DNA of 63,024 bases, filler included, from Asterionella formosa (Eukaryota), in assembly GCA_002256025.1 (NCBI GenBank). It is 13 parts of 13 records of this genome, joined end to end, with 100 filler letters (N's around TTAATTAATTAA, not from the genome) between each part and the next. Parts side by side here need not be neighbours in the genome. Positions count along the whole stretch, not along the records: positions 37,826 to 54,879 come from NKIB01004578.1; positions 54,980 to 56,043 come from NKIB01004579.1; positions 56,144 to 57,207 come from NKIB01004580.1; positions 57,308 to 58,371 come from NKIB01004581.1; positions 58,472 to 59,535 come from NKIB01004582.1; positions 59,636 to 60,699 come from NKIB01004583.1; positions 60,800 to 61,861 come from NKIB01004584.1; positions 61,962 to 63,024 come from NKIB01004586.1; 5 more parts are not named here. One strand, written 5' to 3'. Shown piece by piece: positions 49,388 through 61,999 of the stretch. A program made the translations under genes and the position numbers. The first letter of the stretch is position 1. Every line of letters starts with the position of its first letter. The notes under the pieces are model-generated. The model searched no databases and had not been told where the DNA came from. It saw nothing but the letters and a program-made list of their open reading frames with translations.

Positions 49388-49652
49388 CGTTTTACAGGTG
49401 CCGGTTCATCGTTCAACCTCATTCACTAGATTCATTTTCAGGTTCTTCTGTTGTGTACAATGTGTGACAAAGAGTTTCCATAAAATCGTGATAGCAACCA
49501 CTGATGCTTGCAGCAATCTAATGAATAATTTCCCTGGACCCTAGACTTTCACTTCAGCTAGCGATGAAAGTCGATAGGTAACGAGTCTGAGTAAAACATA
49601 ATTTCTAATGAACAAATGAATATCCTCTTAACCTGGAAGAATGAATAGGTGT

Positions 49653-51239
49653 TCAGGAAAAGTCGCGATCTGGGAACAAGCGAGGTGCAGCCAAAGTCCA
49701 AACATAGAGGCCGATTGCCAACCACTGGCTGATTCCAATAATAGCCATGTTGGCTCTGCCAACTGTAGGATTCGCAGCATTATGAGCATCGTTCAATTCT
49801 TCAATTGTTCCCCACCCAGTGAGTGTCATAGCGACCCAGCAGCAAATGAGAGCCATAACGACATTCAACTTCCAAACATCTGAACCTTCCATGCCCGTTG
49901 AAGTTGACTGTTGCATGACCACGCCAGTGGGTTGCTGCCCTTCGGGGTCAAGGAAAGGAACTTCCAAGTTGATAGAGTCAGAGTTATGAGGTGGCAAAGG
50001 TGACATTGCCTTGGTGGATTGAACTCTGAAAATCCAGGAGCGAATGACAGTGTTAGATAAAAGGTAAGCAAAACGACAGGAACCTCCACGGGAACAACTT
50101 ACGCTCCGACAGTAAGACGCCGTTCTGCAGACCAAGCCCATCCAACCCATACGAGAGACACTGAAGTCAAAGCAAGTCCAACAACTATTCCCCATATATC
50201 ATCGTATCCAAGCATTGGGTTGCAGGTACCCTTGGGGTTTTTCGAAACCATTCCATATGCCAAATAGGTTGCGTAAACACTAATAACCGAGGAAGTCAAT
50301 AGACTGCCTTCCGTTCCAGAAAGTTGAAGGATTGTCATTCCAATGATTCCAAGCAATGTAAGGGTAATGATCCAAGTGTTTTCAGGGCAATCATCAAATA
50401 AGCTGTACAACAATGATATTCCAACAACAGAAGCAGAGAACAAGAAGACGCAAGTGGCCAGGATAGCTTGGAGCCACTTCCCGCCGCTTCCGTACGAGGT
50501 TCTGTCGCATTCATTTGATTTTTCAACCCAATCATCATTCCAGTTGTACGCCACATCGATCAAGATAACTTGCTGCAACACGACAAACACCGCAGCTCCA
50601 AATCTAGCCACCCACAGAAAGAACCCACTAAATAAGGGGTAGTTGGGTATGAACATGGTAAAAAAGAGAGCAAAGAGGTAAATCATGTATTTGGCAGGCC
50701 AAGCTTCTCGATTCAAGTGAGGCACCATCTTGGTAGAAAATGCCTGTACCCCAAAGAAGATCGCAGCTACAAACATGGGGCGGTAGACGCCAGCATTTCC
50801 GGCGCACTGGCTGAGCAAATCTCCCTCGTATTTGCTGCATTTTTCGTCTTTCCACGCGTGAAATACTAACTTTCCAGTGCCCGGAATGGCCCTGTATGTC
50901 TTCCAGACCCATCCTTCTTCTTGAACAATAGAAGGTCCGACTTGGTACTGAAACCAGAGAGCAAACGCAATGGCCATGGCGAGAAGCAGGACTGATCGCC
51001 TGCGTCCCGTCGTTCCTTCAGCAGTGGAGCCGAAGCAAGTGGTACAGAGACTTCCAGCTGCCGTGAAGCAGCAATAGGTCAATGCGAGCGACATTGTCGA
51101 TCCCTAGGAATAAAACGACGAGTAGTGAGCGTCAGACAAATCGACACGATTGAACAACGGCAGAACAAAGCCAATAATACCGGCAGGGATAGCTTCTACG
51201 CCGCTTTCTTTCCTTTAACCTTGCCCATGATCTTACCAT
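49653..51239 (-). CDS. SERINC: Serine incorporator (Serinc/TDE family), three exons (51239-51237, 51103-50103, 50025-49653)
   Basis: Multi-TM protein with QVILIDVAYNWNDDW, GSLLTSSVI, AMTLTGW and C-terminal LYVWTLAAPRLFPDRDFS. An ATG-only first exon gives MGST; the 133- and 77-nt GT..AG introns keep the frame. Confidence 0.93.
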
Positions 51240-52168
51240 TGTTTACAGAGAGAGAGCGAGCGAAGATTAAAAAAGTGAATTACCGGTATGTATTCTTGGT
51301 CAAGAAGGAGAGTTCAACGACAAGAAATGCAACATGAACCGATCTGAGGTGTGTTCCTTCTGTTAACTGATGCATACTGGTAGTATCAGGTAACCTGGTA
51401 CCAGGTACCAGGTACAACACGACAGAACAGTACATTACATAGTATTGTTGTTGTAAAGTATGTAACACTGTACAGTTCATTCAGCACTGTGCTCTACATA
51501 GTATTTTGTATGCACGGTTCAATGTACGTACCGGTAGATGTAGACTACGAGTAGGTAGTACCAGGTACCCTGGTACCTGGTAGCAGCACCACGTGCCGAA
51601 CCAGGTACCTTACTCCGCAGCTCCGGAGTACTACGTAGATACCAGGTACCCTGGTACTAGTAAAATGCGCGCATGGATACACCGCCATGTAGAAACATCG
51701 GCACGACTGCCGCCACTGCGATATTTATTTGCATTTGTGTACAAATACATTCCGGTAGCTAAAATAGGTCGAAAATATGTATCGGTAGAAACTTGGTCGT
51801 ACATACAGATCAGTATCATGGTTTGTACATTTGATGCTGTACACAAAGCGAACCACTCTGATTTCAGTCCGTCATAGCTACAATAGAAGTTGTACTGAGG
51901 GCTGTTTGGATACCTTCCCACCTTGTATTATTTACACACCATCCTTCCTCACACAAGAACAAGTCCAATTTCAAAAATCTTTTATGAATTTACATACAAT
52001 TCCTCATACATTTACCGGTATTTGGCTCATCGCCCGTGTTTATACCTTTGACACAACGATTCTCATTTGTTGATGTGTCGCTATGCTCACAAAATTTACA
52101 TCACTCAAATTTCCAAAGAAAACTCCGCTTAATATAATCGAACTCATATCCAAGTTAAACTAACCACC

Positions 52169-52471
52169 ATGTATGCAGCAATTATGGCCACTGTACGTAG
52201 AGATGCTACCAGACAAGCAGCGAGGAATGCAGCAAAGAATAACGGTCCTCCGAAAGTGGCTTCGAATCAACCGGCCCCACGAAGTTACAATACCAATCCT
52301 AAGTCTAGCGTGGCTGCGATGAGCCGTGCCGAGAGAAAGGCTGAATGGGAAAAGTTCCCGATAGATGTAAGCAAGAGTGCTATGTGACGTCGTGGAGTTG
52401 TTTGTGTATATCAAGTAAAACTAATGATTGATTGTGTTCTACAGGAATGGGATCCATGGTTCCCTCAATAG
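52169..52471 (+). CDS. Small hypothetical protein (74 aa), two exons (52169-52366, 52445-52471)
   Basis: ACCACCATG start and an Ala/Arg-rich N-terminus. A 78-nt GTAAGC..CTAAT..TACAG intron gives the C-terminus EWEKFPIDEWDPWFPQ. Confidence 0.55.
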
Positions 52472-53228
52472 TAATAAGGAGATTGTTCTCACCATGGATG
52501 GCTTTATTTCAAGAATTAACTTTACTTTCATATTTCATGTTTCAATCCTTTCGATTACTTACTCCACATTCATATTTGCTGAGCACGAATCATACCAGCG
52601 AGCAACCTAAACTACATTATTTTTCGCAAAACCGACGTAAGCAATAAATTGATAAATAACTACACTCTAGAACAGTGTAGATCGATTGATTAATGCATAG
52701 AAATTGCTACTAGTATCACACTTTTAAAATAGGCAAAATACGAGCATCGCCTTTCCGTGTCGAGAATCACCAGAAAAGGCAAACAATTTTTCTCAACACA
52801 TCAAGTGCACTGCATGCATGCACCAGTTGCTTTAGTGACCATTCATATAAGAAAGGCACCTGTTCAAACACTGACAGCCTCCACCGCAGTCATCAGATCA
52901 TTATACTAATCATCAATCACTCGAATCTGAACGCAAATCAGCCAAAGAAATTCTAAGAAAGAAAGTAGACAATACAATGCAAAAGTAGAAAAGTATTGGA
53001 AAATAGAAAACGATACGACAAATGAACAGATTCTTTATCGCGCATGCTTGATCCGATCCATAATCAGTCGACAAGCAACCAATCAGCATTGGCGAACCCA
53101 GTACCAGTCAAGATACAACAATATTTGCACTCGTACTCGGGTACGACGGACAAAGATAAAGGGACATCACATTGATTTGTGGCCAATAGGGACGTGGGAT
53201 TCTCAATTGTGAACCAAAAACCTATTTG

Positions 53229-54320
53229 TTAGATAGCGTCTTCATCATGCTCATCTGTGTTTTCTGCTTCATCGCTATCATTTTCTTGTTCCTCGGGCTC
53301 ACTTCGATCTTCCGTGGCATGGGCAAATTGAAGTGCTTGCGCTGCCTTCCACCGAACAAGGATATTTAGTGATGACAATAAACACGACCACATGAAGAAG
53401 TATAAGTTCGATCCAGGAACATATGAATAAGAAGTTGAATTTTCCCCGTCTGGTGACTGACAATTGGCACACTGACCACCAATTGAGGACGCAATGCCAC
53501 CATCTGAAGTGAGAATAGCCACACTGACGGAAGGTTATTAAGTTAAAAACAAAAGACACAGCAATTCATATTGACATGTAAGATGCGTCACTTACCCCAC
53601 AGTCCAAAATACGAGACACACTAGGGCAGTTAATGGTTCAAACATGGCTCCTTGCTTTATCTTTGGGAAGAACTTGTAATGCACTAGAATAGTAAAGCAA
53701 GCAATGATCGAGGAACAAATTCCCAATATGATCGCGAAATTGGCTTCATTTTGCTCCTTCTTTCCAGTAAGTCTAGGGTGAACATTCGCAGCCGTTCCCA
53801 TTACTACAAGGGACGAAAAAAAGAGCATGTACCAGGGTTTCAAGGTTGCACTGAGTCCAGTGAGTTCTTGAATGGATAGAATGTCCTTCTCCGCGGACCA
53901 CTTATTCAAGGTATAGACGCATGACGCGAAGGCCATCCAAGAGGCGAAATACATATTCAAGGTCCTGTATGCGGGTCCGTCCGCCCGGGTGATGAAAGCA
54001 ACACCTGCAGTCCACCAAAGCAGACAGAATAGTAGCATATATCCTTCGAATTTCCCATTTAACAATGTCGTGCAGTTGAAGCATTGGAAGCATTGAAATC
54101 GGTCAAAAATGAGAACTAGCAGAGAAATACTAAATGTCACGGCCCCTATGGATATTGCGTATCGCAAGGATGATTTTTTCCCTTCGGACACACTAGGAGC
54201 GGACGCGAATGAGATGAGAGAGGAAAAGAGTATGTAGACATACCCTTTCCATCTCGGATTGTATTCTTTAGGCTTCTGAATTTCTTTCGATTCCGACGTT
54301 TTCACAGTTGCTTTCACCAT
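53229..54320 (-). CDS. Multi-pass membrane hypothetical protein, two exons (54320-53596, 53523-53229)
   Basis: About eight hydrophobic segments in two similar halves (NMYFASW / NLYFFMW). A 72-nt GTAAG..CAG intron joins the ORFs in frame. Confidence 0.8.
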
Positions 54321-54691
54321 TTTGACTTATTCAATGTCTCTCTGATCTTATCCTCTGGTGGATCGATTGTTACAGTAAAAGCGAACTTCGAAGTGTCCCA
54401 TGATGTCGATAAAGAAATACTGGAAGCTGAACACAATAGATCAATCATGCAAAAGCCGGTAGACTACCGGTATACCGTTACTTACTATGCTGTATACCGG
54501 TACTCTATCGTACACTCTACACTCTATGTACTGTGGAATATGTTTACTGGCAGTACAAAATCGTCCTGAGTGCCGGTCTGCATACCGGTATATTGTACTC
54601 CTACCAGGTACTCCGTCAGGTACGGCGGATCATGACGCTAACTGGTACAGTACGAGGAAACAGGGTAGCTGGTACTCGGCAAGATACCAGG

Positions 54692-54879
54692 TGAGCGATC
54701 TTGCGCATCAATACAGATGTATATAGGGTTAGTGTTATATCATATATGTATCAGAACTCAATAATGAGAGAACTCGACTAACCCTCATTGTATACTTTGG
54801 TGTCGACTTGGAGAACGAGTTACACACAAGGATTAACAAATAAGCTCATATATTCAACAAATACTACTACTTCTAGTTA
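54692..54879 (+). repeat. Gypsy-type LTR related to 55092-55281, cut by the contig end
   Basis: TGAGCGATC.TGC.CAT.(A/G)ATACAGA..TATATAGGGTTAG.GTTATATCA...GAACTCGACTA...CATATATTCAAC matches the reverse complement of 55092-55281. Confidence 0.75.
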
Positions 54880-55091
54880 NNNNNNNNNNNNNNNNNNNNN
54901 NNNNNNNNNNNNNNNNNNNNNNNTTAATTAATTAANNNNNNNNNNNNNNNNNNNNNNNNNNNNNNNNNNNNNNNNNNNNCCAGGTATCGTAAAAATTCGT
55001 CATCACGCATCAGCCCGTACCAGGTACCAGGTACCGGTGTCATGTATGACAATGAAGTGATGACAGCAGTACCCTGGTACCAGGTAGCAGG

Positions 55092-56043
55092 TGAAGTATC
55101 TAACTACCGGTAGAAGTATTAGTATTCGTTGAATATATGCTAATTAATCTATGTACAACTTGTTTTCCCAAATTGACATCAAAATATACAACAGGTGTTA
55201 CCGATACCGGTAGTCGAGTTCTGATATATTTGATATAACCCTAACCCTATATATTTCTGTATCAATGTGCAGGATCGCTCACTCTCCCACACTTGAGGGA
55301 AAACCATTTACCTATGAAAAGGTTTGATACGACGAATATTAATTCGTTCTGTAATATGCATAGTGCGTTGAAAAGTAACTGTACCATTGGCATGTACTTG
55401 AAAAATAGTATAAGGACCTCGTCCACAATCATCCAAAGTAGTAGGATTATCCAAAAGTATTAAAATCTCATCACCCACTTTGTAATCATAAGATTGACGA
55501 CAAAAATTAATGCGACGTAAGCGTTTGTCGATTATAACTTGTCAACGTTGATGTATCAATTGTAAATCTGTAAGCAAAGGAATATTTAAAATCATATCAC
55601 GTTGAAAAACCCATGCACCTGGAATAATACATAATATACTATGAATAGTAGTTCGAGCTGCATATGATGCAGTTGCAAAACAAGTATCCACAATATTTTG
55701 GGCTTCAAATTCATTCATTGGAGGATGAGCCTTTAACATAGCTCGTAGACTATTACGGATAGATTGATGTAAACGTTCACAGACACCATTTGCTTGTGGA
55801 TTCTTGACTGTAGTAGTAGTCACATCTTTAATTCCATTCAACACCAACATGTGTAAGAAAGGAGCACCAGTAAATTCACCTCCATTTTCATGTATACAAC
55901 GTTCTGGACATGGATGTCTGGCTAACCAATCATTTTCAAATTTCATTGCAATATATTCTGATGTTTTGTTATTGATACATGAAATTTCTGCCAAATTGGT
56001 AACCGTATCAATACAAGTTAGAGCACGAAATTCAATTAATTGA
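55092..56043 (-). mobile_element. Ty3/gypsy 3' end: decayed integrase, polypurine tract and 3' LTR (55281-55092)
   Basis: IDTVTNL, WLARHP.P..CIHENGGEF, NPQANGVCERLH and GPY..NGTV..ERINIRRIKPF, with an in-frame stop at 55542. GGGAGAG is followed by TG...CA. Confidence 0.88.
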
Positions 56044-56143
56044 NNNNNNNNNNNNNNNNNNNNNNNNNNNNNNNNNNNNNNNNNNNNTTAATTAATTAAN
56101 NNNNNNNNNNNNNNNNNNNNNNNNNNNNNNNNNNNNNNNNNNN

Positions 56144-56250
56144 GACTTGAGGACCGCCTGTAGGCCCATGGCGGCTGCCACATTGACGGCTCGGGCTTGT
56201 TTGCCGGAGATTACTTCAGCATGTGGAGTGAGCTCTTGGAGGCGCGACAT
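56144..56250 (-). CDS. CCT6: T-complex protein 1 subunit zeta (CCT6), N-terminal fragment
   Basis: MSRLQELTPHAEVISGKQARAVNVAAAMGLQAVLK matches the CCT-zeta N-terminal pattern P.AE....A.AVN..AA.GLQ.VL. Confidence 0.75.
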
Positions 56251-57057
56251 GATTAGTGGTGTGTGAGCGAGAGTAGGAGGGAGAGGGTGGGAAGGATAGC
56301 AAACACTTATGTATGAGGCCTGTATATAAATACTAAAGTGATTCAATTTGAATACCGGGTATGATGGTCGACAAAAAAAACTGTGAGTAATAGTAAATTA
56401 AATGTATAAAAACAAAAAAAAACAAGCCAGAAAAGCAATGCGCCATCATGGTGGGTGGAAGCGGGTCGATATTGATCGATGGACGAGTCTGGATTCGAGA
56501 TGAGGGCGAGACGGAAGGACGAATCAAAGAACCCTGTTTTACGACGTAGACAACACCAAAGAATGCATCATGCTTCGAGGTGGGCCAGAGGGACTGACGG
56601 GGGAGCCACAAAAGAAGCAACGACGATTTCAGTATCACACAGATACGAGTGGTAGTCTAGTTACCAGAAATGCTATCGTCATGTCCCATTATGATACCTG
56701 TGTTAGCTACGTACCAAGGGGACCTGGTACCGGTAATCAACCAGCATGAACGAGAGCATACGGGTATCATACATAAGTCCATTTAAAATCTTTGTATACA
56801 TATACCGGTACTTAAGTACTACATAAGTCCATTTAAAATCTTTGTAAATACCGGTACTTATGTGCTACCTGGTACACGGTACCTGGTACCAGGTACCGAT
56901 AGAATGCTGAGGCCTGAGCGATGATACGATGTTTCTTCCACCAGACGACGAAAAAAAATGCATAAATCTTCTATACAAACAAATATAGCTACGTATACCG
57001 CTCATCAGTCCCATTGACACGGCATATTTCAAACTTTCATTGACTTTTCTAATAACC

Positions 57058-57207
57058 ATGTCGCAAGGATCACAGCTTGCTCTCTCCCTAGTACTGCTCC
57101 TTCTCCCACATCTCTCACACTCCTATGAACCCAACTGGGAATCCCTAGATAGTCGTCCTCTTCCTGAATGGTATGACCAATCCAAATTCGGAATATTCAT
57201 CCATTGG
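57058..57207 (+). CDS. FUCA: Alpha-L-fucosidase (GH29), N-terminal fragment
   Basis: Signal peptide followed by [28 protein letters not shown]. Confidence 0.9.
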
Positions 57208-57672
57208 NNNNNNNNNNNNNNNNNNNNNNNNNNNNNNNNNNNNNNNNNNNNTTAATTAATTAANNNNNNNNNNNNNNNNNNNNNNNNNNNNNNNNNNNNN
57301 NNNNNNNATATACGATATTATATAATGTTTTATACTCCAAATTAATATAGCTTCCTTTAACGCTTTTCTTGAGGTGGATTATAATTACGGCGCGATTGTG
57401 TGCGACATCCCAATGTAAACATGCACACTACCAGTACCAGGTACCGGTAGTTCGCACCATAGCAATTCAGTGATTTTGTACTGTCAACATAGATGCATCC
57501 TGAAATGCTCTCGAGACCATCACAATATACCACATTTTCATTTCTCCGGATCTTACAACTTAGTATAATGAACCGAAGAAGTGCCAAACCCCGAGCAAGT
57601 ACAGAGTTATTTGTAAGTCTCTAGATAAGGATTTAGTAAAGCTTGTTCTAAACAACAATGTCAGAGAAGTAG

Positions 57673-58119
57673 ATGCTAGAAAGGCTAGCGGTAGAGGAGT
57701 TGTTTTACCAAGTGGCGCTATTGCTATCTAGATTATTAGTAGCAGACAAAGTTGACACAGTAACGTGGCTAACAAAAGACATGGTGAAGTACCCTTTGAA
57801 GAAATTGAATAATGACAGCAAAGATCTAGTAGTAGGGGGTTTGAATTCTATAGTGCTATTGGATTGTTCCCCAGCAGAACGAATCGAAACTAGCAGTACA
57901 CTTACCTTTGGAACCAGAGCCACCACTACTGCATCGTCCACTTTGACACCAGATACATGTAATGCAGATAAACACAGCAGTGACAGAAACAATAATCTAG
58001 CCGATAGACCGGAACAGCATGAGACTCAACAAACACAACTTTCCGGTGAGAAGGGGGGAAACAAATACAAACGAAAAAAATGTTCAATTGAGACCATGAA
58101 ACTTGCTCCAGCACCATAA
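57673..58119 (+). pseudogene. ORF containing a degenerate kinesin motor C-terminal segment
   Basis: GGLNSIVLLDCSPAERIETSSTLTFGTRA resembles GGNS....CSP....ETLSTL.FG.RA; the rest of the motor is absent. Confidence 0.4.
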
Positions 58120-58471
58120 GCATGTGGTGGGCATCAATCTTGATCAGATGGCTTGCCAGTTGGCGCTATTGGCGATCGCGCAAAATAAGTGGTTCATGTG
58201 GTGGCTGGACGCTTTAAACTGGGAACGGAAGCACTGGACGATATGACTAGGAGAAAAGAAGAGCAGAGTAGAAGGAGAGTGAGAAAGCGAATAAGAAAGT
58301 TATGGATTATAAAGCAACATTGAACGAGGTGCAAGCGATCAGAGCACTCAACAAACGGGCACACAAATGGANNNNNNNNNNNNNNNNNNNNNNNNNNNNN
58401 NNNNNNNNNNNNNNNTTAATTAATTAANNNNNNNNNNNNNNNNNNNNNNNNNNNNNNNNNNNNNNNNNNNN

Positions 58472-59535
58472 ACGCCGATTACTGGTACAGCCGCCACAAA
58501 AAAAACGCTAGTCAAATATGATCACCCAAATTAATTATTTGGGTGGCCCAATATGACGAATTTAGCTACGTACATAATTTAAGGGTATGACATCACAAAA
58601 AAATGTGATGCATGATACAATATATATGGACGGAGTGAACTAAAATAGTTTCGACAACTTCCATAATTATTTTAGAAACCCACATAATTTTTGGGGCCAA
58701 CTAACAATATTTTCTTGCGACACGAAGAAAAATTTGTTCAGTAATAATCTCTATAATACGGTACTTTTCTCGACAATTCGCAACATTTCCGTTCACAAAT
58801 ATTCTTCACTCTGACTACCATTAATTCTGTTAGTTTGCTCCCATTTTATCTTTACTTTGATCACATTAATACCTCAAGGTTAAACAAATATATATGCTAG
58901 TCAAACAAATAATTATGTGTAACCAATTCACTTTTTCAATTTCATTCTACAATCGCAAAATCAATCAAATTAATCGCTTCGCTATATAGTTTATATTGAT
59001 ACCGGTACTTTCTATAGAACGTGATTCTCAAACCAATACGACAAGCAATGGATGTTCATTCTTGCAGCTGGATGCTGTAACTTAACGCAAGATTGCTTGG
59101 CTACTCATAGTACTTGCAGGAATCCATGTTACTACTACCGGTAGATCAATTCATAGCAAATGAGCCGGCTGCTCATTCTCATTGCTCGGATTGATTGTCT
59201 TTTGTAGAAAGAGGGAAACATTTGCAGAGTGAGTTGATGAGAAAAAAAAGTTACGAAGCCATGATTTCGTTTCTGCTGTGCTCCTTACCATGTTCCCCAA
59301 TGGCCAACCCAGCCCTGATCATATGATTGTCTGCAATCAGTGAACAACAATCGTAGAGTGAGTTCATGAACAAACAATCGTTACAAAGGCATCATTTTCG
59401 TTGTGCTTAGCTACCATGCCGCAGCCTGATTCCCAACAAATCTCTCGCTCAACAGATTGATTGTCTGTAGACAAAGAACAGCGTTTGCAGAGTAAGTTCG
59501 TGATCAACAAGCAAGTAACAAGCACACAATCAAGC
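58472..59535. repeat. Reverse-complement duplicate of contig 19500-20564
   Basis: Identical ends and near-identical sequence. Confidence 0.95.
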
Positions 59536-59637
59536 NNNNNNNNNNNNNNNNNNNNNNNNNNNNNNNNNNNNNNNNNNNNTTAATTAATTAANNNNNNNNN
59601 NNNNNNNNNNNNNNNNNNNNNNNNNNNNNNNNNNNAG

Positions 59638-59832
59638 GAATACTGTGTCGTCGATCCGGAAAGTGGGGAACTCATTCGTCTCACAGTAGCCGAAAAGGAG
59701 CGTATCTTTCTGGACGCGCTTCAGTCCTACGATGCCGCTGGAAGGCAAATGCTCAAGGATGACGAGTTTGACCTATTGAAGGAAGATTTGCAATGGAAGA
59801 ACGGATCTGAGCATATACCGGTATATAGCTAA
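59638..59832 (+). pseudogene. PGRL1: PGRL1-like fragment
   Basis: EYCVVDPESGELIRLTVAEKERIFLDALQSYDAAGRQMLKDDEFDLLKEDLQW resembles the PGRL1 FL.ALQS......EFD.LKE.L.W segment. A stop follows soon after, and I recognise no downstream exon. Confidence 0.6.
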
Positions 59833-61639
59833 AACAAGGAAAGACGACACAACAATGAACGTGATGGCTGGTTGTTGAGGATACCTGTAGTATGTGATAT
59901 GCATCAATCCATCATGTCACAAATCATATTATAGTGATGTACATATCAACGCATCCGTATACTTAGATCCTATCCACTGTATAATACTATCATATTAAGT
60001 GTTGACTTTAAGTGTATACATCAAACGACAAACATATATAATAATTAACATACTTTATGATTGCTTGATTTATATTCTATGATGTCTTGGTAACACTTGC
60101 GTACATATTTTATCGTATTTTATTGTCATTGCATTATTTTTACATGATCATATTTTGATCAAAATTATATCATATACATCTTATAAAATCATCATATTTT
60201 TATGATCAATTTATCATAGCTATGTGATGTGCTTTATTCAATATTACGTATCATACTTTGGTGATGTATGCATCGATGTAACCCTATCATGATATCACAG
60301 TATCATCTTATCAATCATGATGAGATGATTGGGAAGCAAATGTATTCTGCGACGTGCTACAGGGTATATTATTATATCACGCAATTTAGTAGCGAAGTCA
60401 CTCCGCCTGTAATGTACTAAAGTCGACAGTGCACATACCGGTACTCAGACGCTAATCAGGTTTGAGGCAACGGACAGTGGTTCCAACGAGCGAATGATGA
60501 TACCACGGGTACCAATTTTTCCAACGAAAGAACTTGTCTCTCTATTGATGAGGATGACACGGACACCGACTTTTCCAGGAGCAAACAACAATGAAGAGAC
60601 CCACTTCGTCTGTGTCGCTCTATTGATGGTAACAAAGATGCGGACAAGTTCAACAGTGAATACAAGAACAACATACCATTGAAAACCAGTCGACAGTGTN
60701 NNNNNNNNNNNNNNNNNNNNNNNNNNNNNNNNNNNNNNNNNNNTTAATTAATTAANNNNNNNNNNNNNNNNNNNNNNNNNNNNNNNNNNNNNNNNNNNNA
60801 TTTGGTTTCCGATCAGCGCTATGATCACGGTTCTAATACTATATCGCAAAACACAAGGCACTGAAGGGAAGCAAAGGGAACCAACCGAGCGCAATCAACA
60901 TGGTGATGGTTGTAACAACAAGAGATTCATCGCGCAAAATATTTAGCTATATTTTTAGAAATAATGGTTTGTACCAGGCCTACTAGAGCTACTATATGTT
61001 CTTCGATCATGCACCCAGCCATATTCCTCGATTGTTCACTCATGTTGTTGCGCCACATACTGCAAAAAATCTGTATCCATCTCAATACCATTAGGAAATG
61101 TTTTCTCAAATTGCGTCTTGACCAATTCCCATAGGTCATACTTTTACTTCAGCAGGTACTGTCACCAGTTCTGCGATAATATTACAACTGCCATTCGAAC
61201 CTCCATGTTTGGAAACCAGCATTCATATAAGTACCTTCAAGTCATTCATGACTTGCAAATACAATACACACATGTCCTAGGTTGGGGCGAGGCAGAAGGC
61301 TTTGATCTTCTAGTTGTTGTGATTTTTTCAGAAAAATATGGAATTTTGTATTACAGAACATGGCAAGTATTATCAGCTCAGGAATTTGGTTTGCATCTGT
61401 ATATATATGGGAAGCACATTAAAAGAAATACTGGTATCCATGAAATATCATCATATTTCCACAAATCACAAGTTCCAAATGAAATTTCTGTTTCAATATT
61501 AGTGTAGTAGGCGATTGAAGGAAATGAAATTCATACCTGATATCGTTCTGTACAATGTACCTGATATCGTTCTGTACAATGATACTGTGTGCCAGGGAAT
61601 TATGTTGATAGCCAAAGTGATTGCTTGTTCAATATTATC

Positions 61640-61861
61640 TTACAGAGTCTCACAAATTCTCATTCTGGCGCCTTGTGCGCAAAGTCTTGCTGTATTTTCT
61701 GCAACTAGCTCAATAGTTCGCAACTGAAGTGCCTTGTTTATCCCCAAGAACCACAGGCCTTCATAAAATGCGAACAAGGGTGCTGTGCTTAAGGCTCCTG
61801 CCAAGGAATCAAAGAGGGCGGGCTTGGCTCCTTCGATCACCACATGACCAAGATGGATTTG
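61640..61861 (-). CDS. Mpo1/DUF962-like membrane protein, C-terminal fragment
   Basis: ILGHVVIEGAKPALFDSL..AL..APLFAFYE matches the GH..E...PAL.D.L..AP.F..E pattern. Confidence 0.65.
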   Translation of the reverse strand, partial: QIHLGHVVIEGAKPALFDSLAGALSTAPLFAFYEGLWFLGINKALQLRTIELVAENTARLCAQGARMRICETL

Positions 61862-61999
61862 NNNNNNNNNNNNNNNNNNNNNNNNNNNNNNNNNNNNNNN
61901 NNNNNTTAATTAATTAANNNNNNNNNNNNNNNNNNNNNNNNNNNNNNNNNNNNNNNNNNNNTATAAATTATGTACGATTGGAGAAAATTACTACTCCTT

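Noticed and set aside
1166..57207. Fucosyltransferase array plus GH29 fucosidase as a fucose locus
   Set aside because: Different contigs with no linkage evidence.
19500..59535. 1.06-kb inverted repeats apparently flanking about 38 kb, as in a giant TIR element or Polinton
   Set aside because: Each copy is a whole contig with identical ends between artificial linkers. Allelic or bubble duplicates explain this better, and no viral or polB genes lie between them.
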